A stretch of 64,000 nt of DNA from a virus: positions 46,305-110,304 of the IMG/VR virus record IMGVR_UViG_3300049811_000081, one strand, 5' to 3'. How positions within the stretch are numbered: position 1 is the first letter of the stretch; each line of letters opens with the position of its first letter. The notes beneath the pieces are model-generated. The model did no database searches and was not told where the DNA came from. It was given only the letters and a program-made list of their open reading frames with translations. Shown here one piece after another: positions 8,276 to 16,913 of this stretch. The translations under genes and the position numbers were made by a program.

Positions 8276-9611
8276 TTTTTTTATTTCTTTTATATAAACT
8301 ATTACCCGCCATTATACAACCATAAGGAACAATTTCATCCTCTATGATCGCTAATTTATATTTGGTGATCTGATTTTTCACTTGTTCCGCATTTTTGTAT
8401 GCGGAAGGTAATTCAGATAAGTCAGGATTATCAAAATAAAATCTGACATCTAACCCCTTAGTTTCTTCTTCAATATTGATTTCCTTTTTAAGGAACTTAC
8501 TTCTGGATAAATTACGTCCAGCACCATGAGGAGCAAACCCCAATGGATTTTCGGGGTGATTAGATACCACCAATACAGGTTGTGACATGTTTAATGGTAT
8601 TAACCTTAATCCTGTATTGTTGTCAGGTATCATATCCATCATTGGTGTCGATCCCTTTGCATGATAAAATAAATTGTCTTGTTTAAAAACAAAATTATGT
8701 TCGTTCCAAAAATGGAGATCAGAAACATATTTTACTTTTTCACGTATTCCAAAGTGTAAAACTTCGTGGTTAAGTTTTGTCCATTCTCTCACAATTTGCA
8801 ACGCTTCCCAATATTCAACACCATCTTCGGTATCGTATGGGATCCAGGCATTAATAGAAGGTAGAGATGGGCACAATCTTTTTCTCCACTTTTCAGCACA
8901 CATCATCCCTGCTTTATATAACTCAGCCCCCAACCCCCTACTACCGTGATGCGTCACTAAACAGGTTTCACCCGTACTCTTAGACGTTCCAACAAATGAA
9001 AAGTGGTTTCCATCCCCTTGGGTTCCGAGATGGGTAATGGCCATAGCTTTCGCCTTATCACTAAAAAACCTATTTTTATTAATTCGGTCTAATAACTCTT
9101 TAGGGGGAACAAATTTATGTGGCGCCTTTCTTTTACCAGCACCAAAATCGGTTAACCTATGAACAATATCCAATATTCTTTTAGGATCGTTACTACCATA
9201 TCCTGTTATCATAACCGAACAACATATGTCGGCACTATGCATCGCGGGATGAATGGCGTTATCGGTAATAACAACACCACCTACAGGGATGTGTCCAATA
9301 GGACCGGCAGGGCATGCGTCTGGCATGATTGCACCCTTATAAACGGTTGGTGTTTTCATCACAACATCCATCGTTTCTTCTACCGAAATAAGGTTCACCA
9401 ATTCTTCCTCAGATTCAGCATCTATGAACTTATCATAAGTTAATGCCTCTTCCTTTGGTACTAACACATTATACTTAGGTATGAAGAGTTCGATGATCTC
9501 TTTTACATTATCAGAGTTTATCGCGTCAGGATGGTCATTGAAGTATTCAATGACCTCCCCAAACCATGCTGCTGGTTTATACCCCATCGCTATCAAATCC
9601 TTTCCTGTCAT
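8259..9611 (-). CDS. rtcB: RtcB-family RNA ligase
   Basis: MPDAC, SADICC, GTQGDGNHF, THHGSRG, NEHNF, HAKG, HGAGR, ELPSAYK motifs. Confidence 0.93.
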   Translation of the reverse strand: MTGKDLIAMGYKPAAWFGEVIEYFNDHPDAINSDNVKEIIELFIPKYNVLVPKEEALTYDKFIDAESEEELVNLISVEETMDVVMKTPTVYKGAIMPDACPAGPIGHIPVGGVVITDNAIHPAMHSADICCSVMITGYGSNDPKRILDIVHRLTDFGAGKRKAPHKFVPPKELLDRINKNRFFSDKAKAMAITHLGTQGDGNHFSFVGTSKSTGETCLVTHHGSRGLGAELYKAGMMCAEKWRKRLCPSLPSINAWIPYDTEDGVEYWEALQIVREWTKLNHEVLHFGIREKVKYVSDLHFWNEHNFVFKQDNLFYHAKGSTPMMDMIPDNNTGLRLIPLNMSQPVLVVSNHPENPLGFAPHGAGRNLSRSKFLKKEINIEEETKGLDVRFYFDNPDLSELPSAYKNAEQVKNQITKYKLAIIEDEIVPYGCIMAGNSLYKRNKKNEETD

Positions 9612-9612
9612 T

Positions 9613-10200
9613 TTATTTCATTTTTCTAAAAGACGACTTTAAATCAAATCCGTGTGATTGGATTTTTTCTTTATCAGTCATGTTATTTTCAATATTATCT
9701 TTTGGGGATAACCAGTCAGATAATTTAAGATAGATTTCTTGCGGAGACATTTGCCTATTAAACCCAATCTTATCCAATTGGGGAAACGGGTAAATTCGAT
9801 CATGTACCTGTAATAAAATAGGGATGTTATATTTCTCGTTGAAATTAGTTTTTCTCGGACCGAGATATACATTCATATAACTACTATTAAGACCTCCATC
9901 TTTAATAATAACATATTTCTCGTTTGTTCTATAATGGTTTTTAACATCCATAATTTTTTCCAACTCTTGACACCAGAAAGTTTTATTTTCTTTGTGTAAA
10001 TAAACTCCACCATATGAAATACCACACAGGTGTAATGTCAGACCATAATTAAAATGTGATGATAACATGTGGGTATCAAATTTGAAAATAGGATATTCAT
10101 ACGTCCCCGAATATCTTCTATCGAGCACAATTTTATCATCTACCCCATAGACCCCAGAGAGGTAATCATAGTAGTCTTTATATTTTGAAATAATTTTCAT
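9613..10200 (-). CDS. Conserved phage hypothetical protein
   Basis: MKIISKYKDYYDY N-terminus and KIQSHGFDLKSSFRK C-terminus. Confidence 0.65.
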   Translation of the reverse strand: MKIISKYKDYYDYLSGVYGVDDKIVLDRRYSGTYEYPIFKFDTHMLSSHFNYGLTLHLCGISYGGVYLHKENKTFWCQELEKIMDVKNHYRTNEKYVIIKDGGLNSSYMNVYLGPRKTNFNEKYNIPILLQVHDRIYPFPQLDKIGFNRQMSPQEIYLKLSDWLSPKDNIENNMTDKEKIQSHGFDLKSSFRKMK

Positions 10201-10670
10201 CTCAGTTCATGTTTTAATAAGGTCAATACCCAACCCAACAAATTCTGTCCTCTCCAATTTTTAGGGTCTTTAATGAGTTCATTATCTTCCCTCAATCCAA
10301 TACCCCATATTCTATCATATGGAGACGCCTCAACCAATATCTTGTCACCAGTTGCAAGTAGTGTCTCTTTTAGTTTCGGGTTCTGTGTGAATTTTTCATA
10401 ATTTCCTTTGTAAACTATTTGAAAATTCTTTTCTCCCCATATTTTTTCATCGAAATTTTTAACTCTCCGACCGAGCATTTTTTGAACTTTCGGATCTTTA
10501 CTTTGCATAATGAGGTCAGCCATCTCACTATCACCAAAAATAATAGATTTCCTATACATCATGTATTGTTCACAACATTTGAATTTCAATCCCTCAGTTT
10601 CAAATTCTGATGGATACCATTGCGAGAATGGACCATTCCAAAAAAATTCATATTTCTGATTTGAATTCAT
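10197..10670 (-). CDS. NADAR (YbiA-like) family N-glycosidase
   Basis: FSQWY, EQYMM, KMLGRRV, KFTQNPKL, LVEASPYDRIWGIG, GQNLLG. Confidence 0.93.
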   Translation of the reverse strand: MNSNQKYEFFWNGPFSQWYPSEFETEGLKFKCCEQYMMYRKSIIFGDSEMADLIMQSKDPKVQKMLGRRVKNFDEKIWGEKNFQIVYKGNYEKFTQNPKLKETLLATGDKILVEASPYDRIWGIGLREDNELIKDPKNWRGQNLLGWVLTLLKHELR

Positions 10671-10842
10671 TGTTGTTTATGATTTCAAGTTTTTCTTTTC
10701 TATTGGCTAATTTCTTACTGTTACCAATCCTTTTATGGGGGGAACATAAACCGCACTTGGGTAGATTACATTTATCCCCCGAATGGTTCTTTCTCTTCTT
10801 TTTCCACTTTTTTGTAAAGTGTCTGTTTTCTGACTTACTCAT
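10648..10842 (-). CDS. Small basic Cys/His-rich protein
   Basis: MSKSENRH...KCNLPKCGLCSPHKR; Lys/Arg rich. Confidence 0.55.
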   Translation of the reverse strand: MSKSENRHFTKKWKKKRKNHSGDKCNLPKCGLCSPHKRIGNSKKLANRKEKLEIINNNEFKSEI

Positions 10843-11114
10843 ATGATTAAATATGACCCCGTTACCGTTTCTCCATCCCAACCAAGATCTTCATCGATTT
10901 CACACAATGTCGTTTGTTTAAAAGACCACCCTTCCTCCCAAGAGATTTCACCGTCCTCACTACCAACCTTTATGATACCATCCTTAATTTGACCTACAAT
11001 CACTTTAAGGGGTATTGAGCCAGCAAGCATTCTGGTAACGACATCACCCACTTTTATTTCTTTCCCCACATTACGGTTAACCACAATTTCAGCCAATTTT
11101 ATATCCCTTTTCAT
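10839..11114 (-). CDS. Hypothetical protein
   Basis: 91-aa ORF overlapping neighbours. Confidence 0.6.
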   Translation of the reverse strand: MKRDIKLAEIVVNRNVGKEIKVGDVVTRMLAGSIPLKVIVGQIKDGIIKVGSEDGEISWEEGWSFKQTTLCEIDEDLGWDGETVTGSYLII

Positions 11115-11292
11115 ACTTACGTTTTACACGTTTGATGAACAATCTATTTTTATCCATGACGTAAAATCGTTTGTGTATTTTACCATCACCCATCCCATCA
11201 CGCAAAATAGAAATTATTCTATTATAAAGTTCAAGTCTATAAGACTTTATTCTTAAAAACTTCGGTTTTTTTCTATTTGTTAGATACCCCAT
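11089..11292 (-). CDS. Small basic hypothetical protein
   Basis: 67-aa ORF overlapping neighbours. Confidence 0.45.
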   Translation of the reverse strand: MGYLTNRKKPKFLRIKSYRLELYNRIISILRDGMGDGKIHKRFYVMDKNRLFIKRVKRKYEKGYKIG

Positions 11293-11764
11293 TATTTTTG
11301 ATCATTTCAATCAACTCTTCCTTGGTTTTCTCTTTTAGAGTATCAACAGATAAATCACCCGTTAACCTTATTTCACTAATTTCGGATTTGATTTTTTCCC
11401 TCAGTAACGATGTGAGTTCATATGGGATTTGTTTACTGGAACTATCTGACGTAATAAATTCACCAACAGCTCCGCCAGCAACAATAATCAACGCATCTTT
11501 TTTAGTGGGGATGAAAATATACCCCATCCATGATATAAAGGAAAAGATTGTGAACCATATAAAAAGTTTTCTAAAATTCGTTCCCCAATACTGTACTGAT
11601 TGTTTCTCCTTATCGGTGGGTCTTTCTGACATGGACATATGTGTAAGCACATAGACAACAAATGAGACAATACAAAGAATTGTAAACGCATTTGACGTAA
11701 AATCAAAAAAACGTTTAACGTTGTCAGCAACTGAAATCCAATAAAAAATCTGATACCAATTCAT
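11273..11764 (-). CDS. Membrane protein
   Basis: Start at MNWYQIF; two to three TM segments; FIPTKKDALIIVAGG. Confidence 0.65.
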   Translation of the reverse strand: MNWYQIFYWISVADNVKRFFDFTSNAFTILCIVSFVVYVLTHMSMSERPTDKEKQSVQYWGTNFRKLFIWFTIFSFISWMGYIFIPTKKDALIIVAGGAVGEFITSDSSSKQIPYELTSLLREKIKSEISEIRLTGDLSVDTLKEKTKEELIEMIKNNGVSNK

Positions 11765-11787
11765 AATATTTGTTTTTATGTAAAAAA

Positions 11788-12225
11788 TTAAATACACATT
11801 TGTTTCAGTTCTTCCCAAGTCGGTTTAGTTCCTTCCGGAACAAAAAATTCCCAACCATTATCAAAGATTTCTCTTTGTGTAAATACCCAATTGGGATCGG
11901 TATCGTCAACATATTTTAAAACGGGTTTATTGTCAACCATGTGAAGATACCCACTATCAAATTTTCCCCCATCAGATTGAAAATGATCACAGGTTGAGGA
12001 TTGTGCCAAATATTCGTATTCTGAATTATTCGGATTTTTTTCAACCAACTCTAAATATTTTCTCTTCGCATCATACCAATCCTTTACGAAATTTCCAGAC
12101 TTAAATGAAGTTGTTTTACCTCCGTGAAATAAACTCACACCACGATATACCATATCGTTTGATATGACATTTCCATCATCGTCATAATTGTTCCCACCCT
12201 CGTAATTGATCGATATTACTGCCAT
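11788..12225 (-). CDS. Hypothetical protein immediately downstream of the structured RNA
   Basis: Start at MAVISINY (ATG 12225). Confidence 0.6.
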   Translation of the reverse strand: MAVISINYEGGNNYDDDGNVISNDMVYRGVSLFHGGKTTSFKSGNFVKDWYDAKRKYLELVEKNPNNSEYEYLAQSSTCDHFQSDGGKFDSGYLHMVDNKPVLKYVDDTDPNWVFTQREIFDNGWEFFVPEGTKPTWEELKQMCI

Positions 12226-12242
12226 GATATTTTTTTTAAAAA

Positions 12243-12450
12243 TCAAGATAACAACCGCCTTCTAAGTAGGATACTGTTTTAAGGCTGGTTTGCTAGGAAA
12301 TAGCGTCCATAATTTAAGTGCTTTCACTTACCTATCAGTACATTAATCTGAACCACTCACATCTTAGAACTGTGAGGTAATAATTGGGACTCAAACCCAC
12401 ATAGTAACTAGCTTATATTACTGTTTAGTATTAATCGGTTGTTATCTCAA
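12243..12450 (-). ncRNA. Unannotated ~205-nt structured RNA (closed multi-way junction with a T-loop-like arm)
   Basis: Perfect 12-bp terminal inverted repeat (12246-12257 / 12436-12447), extended by G-U pairs only on the minus strand; abutting internal helices; no long ORF; consensus promoter just upstream. Confidence 0.72.
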
Positions 12451-12462
12451 AGAACTTGAATA

Positions 12463-12494
12463 CAAAGATAAAACATTTATATCAATAAACCAAA
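12463..12494 (-). promoter_or_regulatory. Consensus Bacteroidota primary-sigma promoter TTTG-N20-TATCTTTG
   Basis: Exact -33/-7 consensus and spacing; points into the structured RNA. Confidence 0.8.
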
Positions 12495-12501
12495 TTTATT
12501 T

Positions 12502-12696
12502 TTAGAAAATTCTGTCAATCAAAAGGTAACCCAAAAAAATTGATATCGAGAAATATATGATTACTGTCTGAAATTTACTCATTGGGGTTGCCCAATATGT
12601 GTCCTTTAAAAAATTAGGTTCAAAAAGTATATATACTCCTCTCAATAAATAGGAGATCGAACCTAACGCAAAAATGACATTTATTAAGATATTCAT
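12502..12696 (-). CDS. Small two-TM membrane protein (possible immunity partner of upstream lipoprotein)
   Basis: MNILINVIFALGSISYLLRG...IIYFSISIFLGYLLIDRIF. Confidence 0.6.
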   Translation of the reverse strand: MNILINVIFALGSISYLLRGVYILFEPNFLKDTYWATPMSKFQTVIIYFSISIFLGYLLIDRIF

Positions 12697-12709
12697 AATG
12701 ATAGATTTT

Positions 12710-13300
12710 TTAATCCCACCATTCGAGACAATCTCCGACTTCATATATCATAATCCCAACAGTAATTACCCCAGCAACCCTTCTACCGATTAATTTCAAC
12801 GCACCAATAACTGTTCTTTTAGTTGCACCAGCAACAATGGATTCGTATATACTTTGTATCTCCGTAATTCCAATAAGTGTTCCAACCGCAGTTAGAAAAC
12901 AACCGAAATCGTCAATGTCTTTCCTAATGGTTAAATCATTGGTTGTGGTTGGTTTTGTTCTTTGATTATACTTTTCATGTAATCCAAGGAAAACCCCAAC
13001 CATAATAACACCTTCGGGATCATCAATATAGTCATTCGTTAAATCAATCCCTTCTGTGTCTTTTACATAGGATCCGATTTTATTTGCCAAATCGATAAAA
13101 ACCTCTTTAGCAAACTCCTTATCCTTATCCATTATGATCTCCTGTAAATCCAATTTTTTGTCATCAAAAATATCCTTGATCGATGTGTGAGTGTTTTTTG
13201 ACAACTCCAACTTCCAAGGATTTTTGACTTCAATTTCTTCGTTCTTTTTACAAGAAGAAAATAATGTCAACATCAAAACAAAAACAATCAAATTTTTCAT
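12710..13300 (-). CDS. Lipoprotein with amphipathic, Cys-bracketed C-terminal domain
   Basis: MKNLIVFVLMLTLFSS-C-KKNEE lipobox; C-terminal CFLTAVG...YEVGDCLEWWD. Confidence 0.75.
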   Translation of the reverse strand: MKNLIVFVLMLTLFSSCKKNEEIEVKNPWKLELSKNTHTSIKDIFDDKKLDLQEIIMDKDKEFAKEVFIDLANKIGSYVKDTEGIDLTNDYIDDPEGVIMVGVFLGLHEKYNQRTKPTTTNDLTIRKDIDDFGCFLTAVGTLIGITEIQSIYESIVAGATKRTVIGALKLIGRRVAGVITVGIMIYEVGDCLEWWD

Positions 13301-13376
13301 AATAAAATTTTGTGGTTTCTCCTACCTTCAGATTATACTCTGTGTCGGAATTTCAGTAAGTTTTCATAATAAAGGA

Positions 13377-13640
13377 TTAAATATTATCCAATATCTCTTT
13401 CATAACTTCTTTTTTCGGTTTTGTCGTCATATAGGTTTTCATAACCATTGACATCTCAACAAACTTATTAATCATGTACCTTTCTTCGGTTTCATAATTA
13501 AACTTTTTCAATGCATCCTCCAAAGGTATTTCTTTAACAAGATAGTCTGAGTGTTTAAACATGATCTTATCCTTTGTGATATCATAACGCAAAGACATCA
13601 CTTCCCCACGATTGTTTCTGTATGTGATTTTAAATTCCAT
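13377..13640 (-). CDS. Hypothetical protein
   Basis: 87-aa ORF downstream of consensus promoter. Confidence 0.6.
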   Translation of the reverse strand: MEFKITYRNNRGEVMSLRYDITKDKIMFKHSDYLVKEIPLEDALKKFNYETEERYMINKFVEMSMVMKTYMTTKPKKEVMKEILDNI

Positions 13641-13655
13641 ATATAAAATTATTCA

Positions 13656-13686
13656 CAAATATAATGTGTTTTTTCGAATATCCAAA
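13656..13686 (-). promoter_or_regulatory. Consensus Bacteroidota promoter TTTG-N19-TATATTTG
   Basis: Exact consensus 15 nt upstream of ATG 13640. Confidence 0.75.
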
Positions 13687-13745
13687 AAAATTTTAAATAA
13701 AAATATAATCATAATTTTTTTATAACGTCGGTGAAAAAAAAACCG

Positions 13746-13925
13746 TTAATCCAGTTGTTTGATGATGTCCCTTGTTATGATGTAGAACCAAATACCAACA
13801 ATTATATATCTTAAATTAGAAATTGCATACCACTCATCACCAAATAAATAATATATGGATATTGCAATTAAGACAATGTTTGTGATTATTAAAATGATTT
13901 TGATATTTTTTACATACTTTTTCAC
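13746..13925 (-). CDS. Small two-TM protein (59 aa, GTG start, not in track)
   Basis: MKKYVKNIKIILIITNIVLIAISIYYLFG...YIIVGIWFYII. Confidence 0.5.
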   Translation of the reverse strand: MKKYVKNIKIILIITNIVLIAISIYYLFGDEWYAISNLRYIIVGIWFYIITRDIIKQLD

Positions 13926-13926
13926 T

Positions 13927-14145
13927 TCAATCGATATTTTTTAAGATGTGACTAATACAAGTGGTGTATACTTTTTTACCATGAAATTCATTTAACTCTT
14001 TAATTTTTTTCTTTAATATTCTTAATCCATATGATTTTCCTTTTCTTGGGGAATTTTTATACTTCATTACAATTGGTTTAATAACCGAATTGTATTCATT
14101 AATATATTTTTGTTCTCCTCTGTATTTCAAATATATACAATTCAT
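13927..14145 (-). CDS. Small basic hypothetical protein
   Basis: ORF in array; likely start MNCIYL. Confidence 0.45.
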   Translation of the reverse strand: MNCIYLKYRGEQKYINEYNSVIKPIVMKYKNSPRKGKSYGLRILKKKIKELNEFHGKKVYTTCISHILKNID

Positions 14146-14147
14146 AA

Positions 14148-14369
14148 TTAACCAACAACCCAATTTAATATTTTTAAATGCTCTTCAACCTTTCTCATTT
14201 CGTGATCGGTGAAATCCACTTTCTTTTTCAGGTCACCACCCGAATTAACCCCATTAATTGAGATCTCTTTCAGATAATCGATCATGTATGCATCCGAAAT
14301 TGTTTTATAATATTCAAGGGTGTTTTTTAATTCCTCAATTTTGGTTTTGATTTCGTTTTGTGTTCTCAT
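14148..14369 (-). CDS. Hypothetical coiled-coil protein
   Basis: MRTQNEIKTKIEEL...LKILNWV. Confidence 0.6.
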   Translation of the reverse strand: MRTQNEIKTKIEELKNTLEYYKTISDAYMIDYLKEISINGVNSGGDLKKKVDFTDHEMRKVEEHLKILNWVVG

Positions 14370-14374
14370 CTAAT

Positions 14375-14626
14375 TTATCGATTTATTAAATAATCAACCA
14401 TTTCTTTTATTTTCTTATTTAGAAAATCTGCGTCAGATGATGATAAACTTAAAGTCGGTTTTTCTGAGTTGTCGATATGTATGTCGATACATTTTGTTTC
14501 TTCATTGGTGTCTATTCTTATTTCATGTTTGGTACTTGTTCGAAAAGTTGATCTAACGAAAAAAGGATTTACTAATTTTTCCATAAAGAACATTTTTATC
14601 TTGTACTGTCTCGGAGACCACTTCAA
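14375..14626 (-). CDS. Hypothetical protein
   Basis: ORF in array; start uncertain. Confidence 0.5.
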   Translation of the reverse strand: MKWSPRQYKIKMFFMEKLVNPFFVRSTFRTSTKHEIRIDTNEETKCIDIHIDNSEKPTLSLSSSDADFLNKKIKEMVDYLINR

Positions 14627-14810
14627 AATCTACTTCCTTACCGTCATTATCCACTATCTGTGAAATGGACGCCTGCACAATATTGACATCATCGGGATGT
14701 AAGGGGATAGTTTTTTCTATCTCATACGGCACAACACCGAATTGGTTTTGTTTTGTTTGGTAACTAATAACCCATCCTTCTTTTGTGTAATGTAATATGC
14801 CGTGTGACAT
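14553..14810 (-). CDS. Hypothetical phage protein
   Basis: GILHYTKEGWVI...IPLHPDD...GKEVDFEVV. Confidence 0.6.
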   Translation of the reverse strand: MSHGILHYTKEGWVISYQTKQNQFGVVPYEIEKTIPLHPDDVNIVQASISQIVDNDGKEVDFEVVSETVQDKNVLYGKISKSFFR

Positions 14811-14815
14811 GGTGA

Positions 14816-15364
14816 TTAATTTACATATAACCTCTTGTTATTATAAAAGGCAACCGGATTATCTCCAGCAATTACACCATATTCGGTTTTCACGTTATTA
14901 TAAATGGAATTTTTGTCATTGTCGATGTATTCTGACAAGATATGACAAAACCCATAATTGGATTCATCAACAATATCCTGAGACGTTCCGTATAATCCAC
15001 AATAGTATGCTTCGGAAACTTCGGAAATAAACATACCACTATAAAAACCAAATAGGTTATTATTTTTAACAAATTGATCGGCGTTACACCAAATGTATAT
15101 GTTTTCCTTTTTATTTTTCAAATGGGACACAATCTTTTTGTCTATCACATACCCACCAAAATCGGGAAATTTTCCGACGGAAAATAAACCTTCGGGTGAA
15201 CCATGACCCATCATCATTATCCTGTCATGTGACTTTATTAAGTCAATTAATTCACTTCTGGTAACATTACCTTTAATTACAGTTTTTTCCACAATTGGAT
15301 TATATACGATTTCGAGAAAATCCGTTGTTTTGTCTTTGGGATGAATAATCAATGTTTTGTTCAT
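14816..15364 (-). CDS. Putative clan CD (caspase/gingipain-fold) cysteine protease-like protein
   Basis: IMMMGHGS and IYIWCNA: hydrophobic strand plus His-Gly and hydrophobic strand plus Cys, about 38 residues apart. Confidence 0.5.
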   Translation of the reverse strand: MNKTLIIHPKDKTTDFLEIVYNPIVEKTVIKGNVTRSELIDLIKSHDRIMMMGHGSPEGLFSVGKFPDFGGYVIDKKIVSHLKNKKENIYIWCNADQFVKNNNLFGFYSGMFISEVSEAYYCGLYGTSQDIVDESNYGFCHILSEYIDNDKNSIYNNVKTEYGVIAGDNPVAFYNNKRLYVN

Positions 15365-15389
15365 AAAAACTAAATTAACGTTTATTTTA

Positions 15390-15821
15390 TTAATACCAAT
15401 TTTTTCTTGCGGGAGATAATAATTTACTCCTACTATAATTTATAGATAGTGTATCAAACACTTGTTTACAAGAATTTCGATAATCGAATTCTAATTGATA
15501 TCGATTGGCAAATTCTTTAAAACCGTGAAGTACCGATGCATGATCCCTATCAACATGCCCACCGATAATAGTGCTACTTAATCCATATTTTAATTTTATA
15601 CAGGCGTAATATAAATAACGAGCATTTACGTGAACAACTTTTCTTGATTTTGAAATTATTTCCTTTTCAGTTACCTTAAAAGTGTGTGCAACTATTTTAA
15701 GTATTTTTTTTTGTGATGTGTCACAATGTTTTTTGATACACGCCTCCTGAATATCTTTTGGTAAATCATCTACCCTTATACCCGGATAGATATAAGGGGA
15801 GATTATTGGTGATTTCTGCAT
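15390..15821 (-). CDS. Stand-alone DnaA C-terminal (domain IV) helix-turn-helix protein
   Basis: IISKSRKVVHVNARY...SSTIIGGHVDRDHASVLHG resembles the DnaA RDHTTV signature. Confidence 0.8.
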   Translation of the reverse strand: MQKSPIISPYIYPGIRVDDLPKDIQEACIKKHCDTSQKKILKIVAHTFKVTEKEIISKSRKVVHVNARYLYYACIKLKYGLSSTIIGGHVDRDHASVLHGFKEFANRYQLEFDYRNSCKQVFDTLSINYSRSKLLSPARKNWY

Positions 15822-15832
15822 TTGGTTTTTAT

Positions 15833-16882
15833 TTAGAAATGGATATTTTCATCAAGTCCACTTATTGGATCGACCCCACTTATTATGTGTGACGAACTTA
15901 TCGTTAGGGTATCATTAAAGATGCCCATTTTTTTGATTATCTCTGTTCCTTCCGAATTTACGCCGTTATCTACCATATCAGATAAAAGATTATTTGCGTG
16001 ATTTACATATCCTTCGGACAATGGGAAGTTTTGGGTAATGTTCCCACTCATGACTGTTAGCGGTGGAGCGGCTTCATTTACAATTATACGATCATCACCT
16101 AAATCAAAATCATCTTCGGAGTTGAAAGTGATATTGGCAATTCCATCACTACTGATTATGTGGTCTTTTATGATACCTAATATTTTTGGGTCAATATTGG
16201 ACATCATGGAATCTATTCTAACATCTATTTGATCCCAAAAAGTTAATTCCCTATCACTAAATCTAAAGTGTGTGGCAACTTTTAGTCCTGTTTTTTTATT
16301 GATGGTATAAATCAGAATTCCATTTGATGCCCATTGAGCAAAATAATGACGCCTACCTGTGTCGGTTGATGACGTACACCATTTTGTGTTTTTCCCATAC
16401 TTAATCGAAGCCTCCCAAGTCAATGGTTTTAAAACCAGCCACTCATTATCTTCATAAATTTTTGTGATTTGCTTTTCAAGTTCTTTTTCCTCCAGAGTTA
16501 ATTCAACAACATTCAAGATGTTTAAAATTTGTGAATACGATTTGATATTGTTTAGGTCTTCTTTTATTCTGTTCTTTTCATAATGAGATATAAATTTTTG
16601 AATATTCTTTATTTTTTCTAAATCATCAGAATGGAAGTGTTTATTCACCAAATAATCAAATTCATAATGATTAAGGTTTTTATTATCATCATTAAAATAC
16701 ACCTCTTGTTTTTCTAGTTGAAACCTAAGTTGCGGTCGGTCTACGTCATGAAAGTTTGGTTTAAAAAAGCTCATCAAAAATGGTAAATATTTGTGTGGTT
16801 TTTCTTCACAAAAACACTCAAATATTTTTGCCAAATTGATATTGTTTTCCTCATTTGATCTAATCTCTTTAATTTTTGACAT
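15833..16882 (-). CDS. Phage protein with PcfJ-related domain
   Basis: KIYEDNEWLVLKPLTWEASIKYGKNTKWCTSS motif, FWDQID. Confidence 0.6.
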   Translation of the reverse strand: MSKIKEIRSNEENNINLAKIFECFCEEKPHKYLPFLMSFFKPNFHDVDRPQLRFQLEKQEVYFNDDNKNLNHYEFDYLVNKHFHSDDLEKIKNIQKFISHYEKNRIKEDLNNIKSYSQILNILNVVELTLEEKELEKQITKIYEDNEWLVLKPLTWEASIKYGKNTKWCTSSTDTGRRHYFAQWASNGILIYTINKKTGLKVATHFRFSDRELTFWDQIDVRIDSMMSNIDPKILGIIKDHIISSDGIANITFNSEDDFDLGDDRIIVNEAAPPLTVMSGNITQNFPLSEGYVNHANNLLSDMVDNGVNSEGTEIIKKMGIFNDTLTISSSHIISGVDPISGLDENIHF

Positions 16883-16913
16883 GGATATAAAATTTTAATT
16901 TTGGAAATTACGA

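Noticed and set aside
12377-12421. tRNA gene suggested by the T-arm-like GGGTTTGAGTCCC
   Set aside because: No anticodon arm, no proper D-stem and no CCA; treated as a sub-domain of the larger structured RNA
13301-13376. Hammerhead-like CTGAAGG...GAAAC in the lipoprotein leader
   Set aside because: Core deviates from CUGAnGA, and stems II and III cannot be formed convincingly
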